From: an uncultured Verrucomicrobiae bacterium | GTDB taxonomy: Bacteria > Verrucomicrobiota > Verrucomicrobiia > Limisphaerales > Palsa-1400 | Direction of reading: 5' to 3' | Assembly (NCBI GenBank): GCA_963707025.1 | Contig: CAVPOM010000004.1 | Span: forward strand, 224,001-288,000 | DNA: 64,000 bases | Part shown: piece by piece, positions 7,964 through 18,200 of the stretch | Numbering within the stretch: the stretch's first letter is position 1 | Layout of the letters: every line of letters begins with the position of its first letter | Notes under the pieces: model-generated | What the model saw: only the letters and a program-made list of their open reading frames with translations | What the model was told of the DNA's origin: nothing | Database searches by the model: none | Position numbers and translations under genes: made by a program

Positions 7964-10900
7964 CTACTGGGTGCGGATGACCTTGTAGAAGCGGGCGGTC
8001 TGCTGGCCGATGGGGGTGGGGTCGGTGTAGGCGCCGACGTAGCCGTCGGTCGTGACGGTGGCGGCTTTGCTCCAGTGGATCAGATCGGAGGACATATCCA
8101 CTTCGTAGGCCGCGCCAGGCCCGGCCGTCCAGGAGAAGGTGAAGCCGTTGGCCCCCGCGCTCATCGCCGAGAACACGATCGCCGGGGTGGTGTAGAGAGG
8201 CGGGCCATTGGTCAAGGTGGTGGCGGTGATGGTAAAGCTGACAGTCTGGGCGGTGTTGTTGGGCACGCCCAGGTACCAGGTGGTGCCGACGAAGGAGGGC
8301 AGCAGGGCGTTGGTCACGATGGTGACCTGTTGCGGGGTGATCCCCGGGCTGAAGCTGCCGTCGGTCATTTCCAGGGGCGTGGGCAGGAAGCCGATGCGCG
8401 CGATCAAATCCACGTTGCCGGTCAAGTTGCTGGCCACAAATTGCACGGCGCTGGCGGCGGGGTTGGTCACGGTGTAGGAATAAAAATTGGTCAGGTCGGG
8501 GCCGGGTCCGATCGTGCCGTTGGCCTGCCAGGCGCCGTTGAGGAAGTTGGTCAGCGGGGTGATGGTGATGGCGCCGTTGGTGATGAAGCTGGCGACCACC
8601 CGGTAGGTGTTGGTGCTGTTGGCATTGAAATTGTAAACGGCCAGATACCAGGTGCCCGGCGTGAGCGGCACGGGTGCGGAGTTGGTGGTGACCTGAAAGC
8701 CCAGGAGGTCGAAGGAGTTGGTGGCCACGACAATGGCTTCGTCGTTGGTCCCCTCGTACGAGGTCTTGTAATCGAACATGGCGCTGGTCGGCAGGGGCAG
8801 GTCGTGCCGGGCGTAAAGGTCCAGTTCGTTGGCCGGATTGATGATTTCAAAGGAGGCCAGGATGGCGTTGGTCGGCACGTCGAAGGAATAGAATTGCGGC
8901 GTGTTGGTGATGGTATTGGTAAAAGCGATGGTGTTGGTCAGGGGGATGGCGCTGAAATTGGTCAGATTTTGGGTGTCCACCTGAACGGTGAAGGTGGCCG
9001 GGTAAGTGTTGGGGTTTTGCACGCCCAGGAAATAGCGCGCGCCGGGCAGCAGGGATGGCGGCGGGGCGTTGTTGCTCAGTTCATAAAAGCCGGTGGAGAC
9101 GTTGGTGAGCAAGGTGTAGTCGCCCGACTGGTCGCCGGTGGGCAGGGCGGTCTGGTTGAAGAGCAGATTCAACTCCGCCGGAAACCCCGCAAGCCCGTTG
9201 CTCAGGCAGTTCCGCAAACGGTTGGTGTCCAAAATGGCGCCGGCGGGAACATCGAAGGCGAAATAGGCGATGTCGTTGGCGGCCACAGTCCCGGCGGTGT
9301 AGGGGACATGGTTGGTCAGCACGATCAGGTTGACGTTGGTGGAGGAGACGGTCATCTGCAGGTTCCAACTGAGCAAAACGCCGTTGGTCACGGCGGTCGC
9401 GTCGGTGCGCGTGTCCCAGACATCCAGCGTCCAGCAGCCGTCGGGATTTTGGCCGGTGAAGGGCGCCAGCGCTTCTTCGGGCTGGACGAAATTGGGAGTG
9501 GCCGGTGTTTGCAGGACGAAATCGTCGAACAACATTCCGAGGGGATGGCCCTCGAGGGCGAAGACAGTGTTGGAGCTGACGGCGGTGAAATAGACGGCGT
9601 TGGTCAGCCAGTTGGTGCTGCTGGCCGGGGCGATCAGGGTGGTGTTGGTCAGGCCGTTGAGCAGGATTTCGCAGTTGGGCAGAATGGAGGTGGGGTTGGC
9701 CTTGCCGATGTGATTGGTGCCCGCCTGGTAGATGGCGGCAATTTCCACATCGGTCAGCGCCCGGTTCCACAGATCCAATTCGTCCACCGCGCCGCTGTAG
9801 GGCTGGGTGCCGTCAACTCCATCGCAGGTGCCAATGCCCAAGTTCAAGGGCTGCGCATTATTAAGATTGGCAATGTCTGGGGCGGTAACGCTGGTTTTGA
9901 ATCGCCCGTCCACATAGGCGGAGTAGAGAGTGCCCCTTCTGGTCCAGGCCACATGATGCCAAAGCCCGTCATTCACCAGGTTGGTAGGGTAGAACGAAAC
10001 GTGTCCTGGGCCGGTGCCATCATCCAATTCCAAACTCACAATTCCAGGCGTTGGGGTGGGGTTTCCAAGACCGATTCGGATATTCCACCAGGTTCCGAGA
10101 TTGCAAATGTCCCGTTTGTCCAAAAAGGCTTCTTCCACGACTGAGGTCGTGTTCATCCAGAAGTCAATGGTGAAGTCATTGGTGCCAAAGTTGCCTGCAT
10201 TCGGGCCGAAGTTGATGTGGGAACCCTGCCCGTCGAACTGGAAGCCCTGGCCAACCACGCCGGTTATGTTGGTTACAGTAGGGGTGATGATTCCATTATT
10301 GGTGCCGATGATGTCGTTGGCGTCTCCTTCAAAGGGCCACCAGTCCACCAGCCCCGGCCCGCGATAAGCATAGGTCAGCGTGTAGGGCTGGCCGATGATC
10401 GTCGGGATCGAGTTGGTCATATAGCCGTCGGCCAGCGCCATATAATTGGTCCCCTCGTAAGCCTGATAGAGGTCGCTCCCGGTCACCACCGCCACCTGGT
10501 TGCTCACCACCGTCCAGCCTTCCACGTTCGTTCCCAGTGTCACGGGGAAAAGGCCGTTGGTCAACCCGTAGGGGCCGGCTGGGACCGTCTCGAAACTGCT
10601 GATAAAAAGATCTACATTGGTCGGTATTTGGCCGTAGGGCGGCGGCACAAACTTGACCAACTGCTGTGCGAAATTGGTGTTGTCGGTGAATGTCAAATAA
10701 ATGTAGCTCCCGTTGCTGGTGGTCAGGCCCAGGTTGGTCACACCCGGCCCGCCCCGGTCCTCGTAAAGCTCCACGCTGGTCCCTTGCGGGCTGGTCAGAT
10801 GCAGGACCAGGTTGTCCGAGTTGGTTTTGGCGATGCGCACCCCCACCTCCAGGCTCACCAGTTGCTGGTTGCTGGCCAAAATCGAGCCGGCCGGGATGCA

Positions 10901-13900
10901 AATCTGGGAGAGGGTGTGGTCGTCCGTCCCCAGCGGCGTCAGCGTGTTGTTGAACTCCGTCAGGGTCAAATTGGGCGTGCCGCTTTCCAAAATGGTAATG
11001 ACCACTTGAATATTGGTCACCGTCGTGCCGCCCTCGTTGGTGATGTCGTAATACCACCGGCCCCCGCTTAACGGCGGCGCGGCCGGCAAGGGATCGGTGA
11101 GGAGGTTCAACGCCGGGTTGGTGCTCAGATTCAATGAGCCGCCGGGAAGACTGATGTTGGTCCCGTAATCGCCGGTGTTGACTACTTGCTGGTTGGTCAA
11201 GAAGATGCCCAACGGCCCGCCATTCTGAAAGCCCACCGCGATGTTCAGGTTGGTCGCGTCATCCGGCACATCCACATATCCGTAATAGGAGGCGTTGGGC
11301 GCCAGGCTTCCTATGACAAAATCCAGCGGGTTGACCGGCTGCGGCCAGATTGTCAGCGTGAGCACCGTCACCATCCCGGTCTGGGTGTAAAGGTTGTCGG
11401 CTTCGTTCAAAATCCACTGCCCGTTGCCCGGCAGCCCGATAAAGTTCCGCAAGGTGGGCGGCCCGTCCGACGCGATGGTATTAGCCAGCGAACCGTCCGG
11501 CAGATCGTCGTAAGTGTTGGTGAACCCGCCCGGCGCCCCGGTAAAATGGTTCGGCACCGACTGCTGCGCATTGTGCGTCAACGTCCCGTAAAGATCGGAC
11601 GGGTTGGAGTGCTGCACCCCGACCGTCGCCGCCACTTTGCGCACCGTGATCGGGCTGGCCACAAAGGCCAGGACGTTGGTCCCTTGCAAGCCTCCGGGGT
11701 CCATGCTGTCCGGTATGGTCGCCGGCAAAGGATAGCCCGACACGGTGATCGGGTTGAGGCCGTTGGGACTGTCAAAGTTGGTCGCCAGCGTCGCGAAGAA
11801 CGCAAAGTCCCCTCCCTGCTGGCTCTCCGACTTGACTCCGGCATAGAACACCGGCACCGAGCTGATGTTGGTGAAGAAGACCGTCTCGTTGCCGCCCTGG
11901 CCCAGCGATTTGTTGGCGCCGGCCAGCGCGGCCGGGTCCAGATTGAACAAGGCCGGATTGGTTGAAACATACAAATCCAGGTCCGCGTTGATGGCCGCCT
12001 GATAGGACCCGTTGACCGGCGACGAAATCGGCACCGTCAGCGTCGGGGGGAGGAAGGTGGCGAAAATGGCGTTGGTGTAGTTGGTGGCGATGTTGGTCCC
12101 GGCGCTGTTGGTCAAGGAGGAGTTCGTCGTGTTATAGTTGACGTTGGTGAAAAGGAAGAAGTGCCACTGCACCAGGCTCCCGTTGGTGCTGCCCGGCGCG
12201 GGGTAAAGGCCCCCGCCGGGATACTCCGCCAGGTTCGGCTCGTTGGCGCCCACCCGCTGGTGCAGCAGGGCCACCCCGTTATTGGCCACCGTCACCAGCG
12301 GCACCGGCGGCAGGCTGCTCGTCCCCAGATCGGTCACCGTCAGCGGCACGGTCAGGGCCGGGTCGTCGCTGGCGATGACCAGGGCGTAGTCCTGGCCGAT
12401 GACGTTGGTCTGGCTGGTCACGGCGTTGACATTGACGCGCGTGCCCCGCACCCACACGGTGTAAGTGGGGGTCAGCCCGGCGCCGGGGTTGATATAAACA
12501 TTCTCCACATTGTTGACCACGTCGCTGAGGTTGTTGACGGCGGCGTTGGTGCTCAGGCCCATTTGGTCCAGCACGTTGGTCGAGAGCGTCACTTCGGTGT
12601 AAATATCCCCCTGTAGAAAATCGTTCCCGACAAACGCATTGGTCTCTGTCCCATGGGTCACCAGCAAATCCAGATTGTTGACCAGCGCCAGCCCCGCCGC
12701 CGGATTGCCCGGCGGATCGGTCCAGACCAGCGTGATGCGCAACGGATAGGTCTGGGCGTTGGTGTCGGCCAGGTTGATGGTGTACTGGTGCCACTGCCCG
12801 GTCTGCAAAGCATTGGTCGGACTCTGATCAAAGAAGACCAAGGACGCACTGCCGTTGGTCAACGAGGCCGGAATGCTGTTGGCCAGATTGGGCAAGCCCC
12901 AGCCCTCCAGATTGACCGCCGGCGCCATGTTCAAATCCGACTGCGCGTTCAACGGGCGCGAGCCGTTGATCAACAGCCCCTTGAGCAGGGCCGGGCTGGG
13001 CGACATCTGGTAGGTGGTGTTCAAAAACTCCTGCACCAGCGCCAGCATCCCCGCCACCGCCGCCGCCGCCATGCTCGTCCCCGACTCATACCGGTAATAC
13101 GGGCCCAACCCACTGTTCAAATTGCTCAACACCTGGTAGTAATTGGTGTAAAGCGAGTTGGTTTCCAGGGCGTAGAACCGCAAATCATACGCCACCGGCC
13201 AGGGCTGGCCGGCCGGATTGTAAATCTCCACAAAACAATTGGTCGCCGGCGGATAAGGCACCACCGGCACTCCCGCCGCGTTGGTCTGCGCCGCCGGCAG
13301 GAGCGACGCGGGCAGCGGCGGATCATTGGTGTCAAAATATATTTGCAGGTTGGTGGGAAACGGCACCGGCGAAAAAGGATTGGGCAGCAACTGGATGGCC
13401 AGGTTGGTCGTCCCGCCAAAGATGGTCACTGCGTAAACGTTGGACTGGCCCGGCGGCACGCTCTGCCCCGCGAATTCGTTGTAACTGAGCGTCTGCTGCG
13501 CCACCGGGTCCTGATAGTTGGTCGCCCGCAGCGACACGGTGAAGGACCCCGGCGCGGCCACGTCCGGCTTGAAGCGCCCGCTCCCGCCCTCGATCCCCAC
13601 ATCCACATTGCCCGCGCTGGAAAATCCCGCCACCTGATTGCTGTCATAGGTCGTGCTCTGAAAAATCGGATCGTTCGTCCCGCTGCCGAAATCCACCAGG
13701 TTGGTGATGAACCGGGGACTGTCCATGGCAGTTACCGTGATCACGTTCTTGGCCGTGCCCGGCGAGGTGATGGAACCGGGCGCCTGGGCCCCGTTGCCCG
13801 CCGCCACCACAAACAGCATGGGATGCTCGAAGGCCGTGCCGGGCTGGGAGTTGCGCGTGGCCAGGTCGTAACTGGCCGCGGGCAGATCGTAGGCCGTGCT

Positions 13901-15148
13901 CTGATAACCCCAGGGCAGGCAATTGATGAAGCCGTTGCTCACCATCGCCGTGTTGGCCGCCGCCATCGCGCTCAAGACAAACGAGGCGTTGGACTGCAAA
14001 TAAGCATCGGAGATATACGGCCCGGTCGTCAAATCCACCCCCTGCACATACAAGCCGGCCTGCGGCGCCATCCCCCGGAACGACGCCCCGGCAACCGAAC
14101 CGGGCGGCGGGTTGGTCAGGCTGGCCGATTCATTGCCCCCGCCCACCATCGTTCCCGCCACATGGGTGCCGTGCCCGTTCGGGTCCGTCAGCGCCGAGGG
14201 AAGGTTCCCCGTCACCCGGCCCGCCGGCCCCAAGTCCGGGTGGGTGGCGTCCACTCCCGTGTCGTCCAGCACCAGCACCATGTTGCTGCCCGTCAAACCC
14301 AGATAGTTGGTCAGGGCGATGGTGTCGGTCGCAACCTCCAGGCGCTCCCGGGTCAAATCATTGAGCAGATGCCGTGGCGAAGACGCTTCGATCTCCTGCG
14401 CCTGCGGCAACTGCGCCACGGCCGCCAACTGGCCCGGCGGCACCGTCACCCGCAAGGTGCTGGCACCAAACAGCCCCGGCTCCTGCTCCGTCACCACCGC
14501 CCCCAGCGCCGTCAGCGCCCGCCCCGCCGCCTCGCCCTGGCCGGGAAAAACCGTCACCCACAACTCATTATTGGTCAGCAAATCCCCGTTGACCGCCCCC
14601 GGCAGCAACGAACTGTCCAGCTTGAAATACGGCTCATAGGGCAGCACCGCCTGAAACACCCGGTCCGCCACCATGGCTTTCGCCGCTTCCGGCCCGGCCC
14701 GCACCAGGGCCGCGTTGACCGGCATGAAAGAGACAAACTCCGCCCCGTCCCGGCGCAAGGCCGCATAAAACTCCCCGTTCAACGGACGATCCGATTGCAC
14801 CAGATAGCTGCCCGGCGCGCCGTGCGACCGCAGCGCCTCCGGCACGCCCAGCGCCACCGGCCGGGCCGTGTCAATCAGCGCGTTGCGCAGCAGCAGGCCG
14901 TGCGGGTTGCGCGCCAACTGCGCGGCCGTTTGCGGCGTGTTGCTCAGGCGATAGGAGCGCGGCGTCTTCGGCGGCGCGGGGACCGCTGGGGCGGATGGGA
15001 CCGATGGGACGGATTTGCCGGATGAGGCCGGCGCGAGGGCCAAGGCCCGGCGCGAGGCGGCGCGGCGGTCTCCGGCCTGCCACAGGCAGAGGGCCGCCGC
15101 AAAGAGCAGCAAACTGAGAACGAGCCAGAATCCAGGTCTCAAACGCAT
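7964..15148 (-). CDS. Giant exported multidomain S8 (subtilisin-like) serine peptidase with P-domain-like, LamG-like and PPC-like modules
   Basis: N-terminal hydrophobic segment; catalytic D (LDDTGVD), H (NGHGTHVAG), S (SGTSMAA); oxyanion AAGNG, TAKNVITV, FKPDVAAPG. LamG-like W.FEG...FTIDFW...DGLWHHVAW...DELDLWNRAL; PPC-like DLYAR and DLIAR repeats. Confidence 0.9.
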   Translation of the reverse strand: MRLRPGFWLVLSLLLFAAALCLWQAGDRRAASRRALALAPASSGKSVPSVPSAPAVPAPPKTPRSYRLSNTPQTAAQLARNPHGLLLRNALIDTARPVALGVPEALRSHGAPGSYLVQSDRPLNGEFYAALRRDGAEFVSFMPVNAALVRAGPEAAKAMVADRVFQAVLPYEPYFKLDSSLLPGAVNGDLLTNNELWVTVFPGQGEAAGRALTALGAVVTEQEPGLFGASTLRVTVPPGQLAAVAQLPQAQEIEASSPRHLLNDLTRERLEVATDTIALTNYLGLTGSNMVLVLDDTGVDATHPDLGPAGRVTGNLPSALTDPNGHGTHVAGTMVGGGNESASLTNPPPGSVAGASFRGMAPQAGLYVQGVDLTTGPYISDAYLQSNASFVLSAMAAANTAMVSNGFINCLPWGYQSTAYDLPAASYDLATRNSQPGTAFEHPMLFVVAAGNGAQAPGSITSPGTAKNVITVTAMDSPRFITNLVDFGSGTNDPIFQSTTYDSNQVAGFSSAGNVDVGIEGGSGRFKPDVAAPGSFTVSLRATNYQDPVAQQTLSYNEFAGQSVPPGQSNVYAVTIFGGTTNLAIQLLPNPFSPVPFPTNLQIYFDTNDPPLPASLLPAAQTNAAGVPVVPYPPATNCFVEIYNPAGQPWPVAYDLRFYALETNSLYTNYYQVLSNLNSGLGPYYRYESGTSMAAAAVAGMLALVQEFLNTTYQMSPSPALLKGLLINGSRPLNAQSDLNMAPAVNLEGWGLPNLANSIPASLTNGSASLVFFDQSPTNALQTGQWHQYTINLADTNAQTYPLRITLVWTDPPGNPAAGLALVNNLDLLVTHGTETNAFVGNDFLQGDIYTEVTLSTNVLDQMGLSTNAAVNNLSDVVNNVENVYINPGAGLTPTYTVWVRGTRVNVNAVTSQTNVIGQDYALVIASDDPALTVPLTVTDLGTSSLPPVPLVTVANNGVALLHQRVGANEPNLAEYPGGGLYPAPGSTNGSLVQWHFFLFTNVNYNTTNSSLTNSAGTNIATNYTNAIFATFLPPTLTVPISSPVNGSYQAAINADLDLYVSTNPALFNLDPAALAGANKSLGQGGNETVFFTNISSVPVFYAGVKSESQQGGDFAFFATLATNFDSPNGLNPITVSGYPLPATIPDSMDPGGLQGTNVLAFVASPITVRKVAATVGVQHSNPSDLYGTLTHNAQQSVPNHFTGAPGGFTNTYDDLPDGSLANTIASDGPPTLRNFIGLPGNGQWILNEADNLYTQTGMVTVLTLTIWPQPVNPLDFVIGSLAPNASYYGYVDVPDDATNLNIAVGFQNGGPLGIFLTNQQVVNTGDYGTNISLPGGSLNLSTNPALNLLTDPLPAAPPLSGGRWYYDITNEGGTTVTNIQVVITILESGTPNLTLTEFNNTLTPLGTDDHTLSQICIPAGSILASNQQLVSLEVGVRIAKTNSDNLVLHLTSPQGTSVELYEDRGGPGVTNLGLTTSNGSYIYLTFTDNTNFAQQLVKFVPPPYGQIPTNVDLFISSFETVPAGPYGLTNGLFPVTLGTNVEGWTVVSNQVAVVTGSDLYQAYEGTNYMALADGYMTNSIPTIIGQPYTLTYAYRGPGLVDWWPFEGDANDIIGTNNGIITPTVTNITGVVGQGFQFDGQGSHINFGPNAGNFGTNDFTIDFWMNTTSVVEEAFLDKRDICNLGTWWNIRIGLGNPTPTPGIVSLELDDGTGPGHVSFYPTNLVNDGLWHHVAWTRRGTLYSAYVDGRFKTSVTAPDIANLNNAQPLNLGIGTCDGVDGTQPYSGAVDELDLWNRALTDVEIAAIYQAGTNHIGKANPTSILPNCEILLNGLTNTTLIAPASSTNWLTNAVYFTAVSSNTVFALEGHPLGMLFDDFVLQTPATPNFVQPEEALAPFTGQNPDGCWTLDVWDTRTDATAVTNGVLLSWNLQMTVSSTNVNLIVLTNHVPYTAGTVAANDIAYFAFDVPAGAILDTNRLRNCLSNGLAGFPAELNLLFNQTALPTGDQSGDYTLLTNVSTGFYELSNNAPPPSLLPGARYFLGVQNPNTYPATFTVQVDTQNLTNFSAIPLTNTIAFTNTITNTPQFYSFDVPTNAILASFEIINPANELDLYARHDLPLPTSAMFDYKTSYEGTNDEAIVVATNSFDLLGFQVTTNSAPVPLTPGTWYLAVYNFNANSTNTYRVVASFITNGAITITPLTNFLNGAWQANGTIGPGPDLTNFYSYTVTNPAASAVQFVASNLTGNVDLIARIGFLPTPLEMTDGSFSPGITPQQVTIVTNALLPSFVGTTWYLGVPNNTAQTVSFTITATTLTNGPPLYTTPAIVFSAMSAGANGFTFSWTAGPGAAYEVDMSSDLIHWSKAATVTTDGYVGAYTDPTPIGQQTARFYKVIRTQ

Positions 15149-15217
15149 GGGACGCCTCCAGCGCAAAGTATAACGCCAATTGCCAGAATGTAAAATGGAG
15201 ATTGCGGCTTCATATCA

Positions 15218-18200
15218 TCAGTCGGCGGGGAGGATGTTGAAGCTGTCAACCTGGATTCTGAGGTTGGCGGCGGTGGGGTCGCCGACGATGTGGCAGACGG
15301 TGCGGGTGACAAACTCGCCGGTGATCTGGTAATTGGTGCAGAGATTGAAATTGGGCGGGCCGCCGAAATAAATGTCCTTGGGCTTGAGGGCCTGGCCGAA
15401 GCTGTAGATGACAAATTGCGGCTGGCCCAGTTTGAGCAGCCCGGCCACCTGCTGCGGAATGGCCTCCACTTCCTCGTCCTTAAAATCGCCGGCCGGCCCA
15501 GGGAGGAAGGGGGATTCAGTCGAAAGTATGGGCGACTTGAACACGCTGCCCAGGCTGTGGAAGGTCTGGTCCGGTTCCAAGCTGCGCAAGACGTTGATGC
15601 CGGCAATGAAATTCGTGACAGGTTGGTTGTTGGCGCCGTTAGTGATGATGTACATGCCATCCACCAGCGAGCCGATGATGGTTGGATCCAACACCAGGTT
15701 GCTGCCGATGGGAGGGCCGACGGAGTGGGCGCCGAGGTAGGGGGCGTTGGTGTTGAGGGCAATCCCGCTGAACAGGGCATACCAGGGGGCCGAGTTGGTC
15801 TGGTTGACGGAGAGCAGGCCGCGGGCGGCGTTGTCGTTGGGCGCGGCGGTGAACAGGTCCAGCAAGGCGTAATCGTTGGTGGGATAAGTGTCGAAGGTGC
15901 TGACCCAACTGCCAATCCACGCTTGCTGGTTCGGATTGACTCCATTTATAAGCGCATCCGGGTCGGCCTTTAAGAAAATAGTCTGCCAGGGAGTGCCGCG
16001 ATGGACACGGCCCAACCAGCCGATGCTGGGGAATTTATTGGCCGGGAAATTCCAGTCATCCGAACTGGTTATTTGCGGGTCCTTAAGGGTCATGTTCGCA
16101 CCGAAGCCCGGCTCGATGCGGTTTGGCCAGGGTTCATACCGGTCATTGTAGGTGAGGACTTGAGATGTATCGGTCACGGGGGGTACATTTTGGGTCAAGG
16201 GGGGTGTGAGGTCGCCCACCGTATAATGAACCAGCGGGTCATTCGCGATCAGCGTATTGGTGACGCCTGTAAAAACGACGGCGGCGGTGTCATTTGAACA
16301 GCTAAAATAGAGGTTTGAATTACCCACACTAACTCCGACAAGTTCCTGGCCGAAGTCGTTTGGATCAAAACTGATGCCGTTCGCAATTTGGTTGGACAAC
16401 CCCGCGGAAAGGCCGGAAGGACCCGGGGTGGGATCCCAATACTTTGTGTTGGGCGTTGAGCCGGAGCCGACGGCTGGGGGCGCGTTCCCATATAAAATAT
16501 TGGTGAGAATCAGGTTGGTGCCGAACGGCCCCAGGTTGACGAAATCAAACGCCTGGCCGCTGCCAGGGTCCACCAGGGCATACATGACGCGGTTGGTGAC
16601 ACTCAGTGTCCAGCCGTAAACCGGCCAGGCCGTTTGTCTCAGGTCGTTGGACAGGAAAGTGCCAAGCTGGTATCCGAAGTCATTTGTCAGATCAACATAC
16701 ACCGGGACAAACCGGTGTTGGGTTTCCGAGAAATAAGAAGGCGGCAGGGAAGGCACATTGGTTTGCAGGAACCCCAGCATTCCACTCGATGAGTGTCTGG
16801 GATCCAAAAACTTACCCGCACCGTTCGTCCAAAACCTGCTGAAATAATTGGTTGAATTTATAAAATTCGTAACAAAACCGCCGGGGTTTCCCGCCGAATT
16901 GTTAGTAAGGACGACTGAGACAACGGTGGTGGCGATGACCTCGAACGGCGCAGGAAGGCTGATGTTGGACGCGTATGAATTCCAGGCATCCAGGCCGAAG
17001 ATGTTGGAAATGGACATGATAAAGAACTGGTTGGTGAAGGCCGGACGCGCGATTGCGTTGCCAAAGGGGGTGCCGGGGACGGGTTGTCTCGCGAACAGGA
17101 GCTTGCGCGTCACCGCCCAGGAAATGTCCGGAACGTAGCGGTCGAAAGCGGGCAGCCCCTTGACGGCGCCGACCACCCAGGGGATGCCCCAGATATTGCC
17201 GTTGTAAAAGGTGTTGGCCGGGAAATTGTTGGAATCGGTCACATCCACGAAGCCCTTGGAAATCTGGAAGATGGCATCGGTGTTCACGTTGGTATAACCG
17301 GCGATATAGACAACGCGGTTGGTCCCCCCGTAATTGGTGGCGAAGAAAATCGGGCGAAAGACCGAAGGGTAAGGAAGCGGCAGCGTTCCGGGCGGCGTCA
17401 TCTTGTTGGTTCTGGTGTCGTCGTAGATGTTGGCGGCCAGTTGGAGCATGCGATGAAGGTTTTCGGTGTAGCGAATGCTCGGGTTGAGGGAGTTGTAAAC
17501 CGGGATGTTGGTCACGCCAAAGTGGACATAGGACAAGTTGGTCGGGATCAGGACCTGGTTGGGCGGCAGGCCGCCGACCAGGTAATTGGTGATGCGAAAA
17601 TCCTGGGAGCGGAGCAGGCTCTCGGCGGCGTTGGTGAAAAAGCCGAGGGCACCGTTCTGGGGAATGCCCACGGGGGCGCCGGCAATCTCTGCCGTCCAGG
17701 GGATCAAGGTGGTCGGCGAGGTGTTCAGGCCGTTGGCAATCTGAAAGGTGTTATCGTAGTTGAGGTTGACCTTGGTGCGCAGAACAGTTGGCGGCTGGAG
17801 CGCGGGATTGGTGGTGATGACATCGCCATAGACGTAGGTTTGGAGTTCGGGGGTGGAGCCGGTGCCGATGGCGGCGAGCATGCGCTGGAAGGTGTAGCGG
17901 TCGTAGGAATTGGTGTAGAACCCGGCCGGGAGCAGGCGGTTGGTGATAAAGGCCGGGGAGGTTTTGCCGGGGTTGAACACGTCCTGATAGGTGTTGTAGA
18001 AATTATTGGTGGCATAGCTGCCGGGCCAGGGCGCATTGGTGGATGGATAGAGTGCGAGGGCTTCGGTGCCGTATTCATCAATGCCGTCCAGGTTGTAGTT
18101 GGGCGTGGTAGGACCAAAGTAAGCGGCCAGACTCAATGGATAGGGACCGCCATAGCTGGTATTGTAGCGGAAACGGAGGAAGGAATAGGCATCGTCGAAA

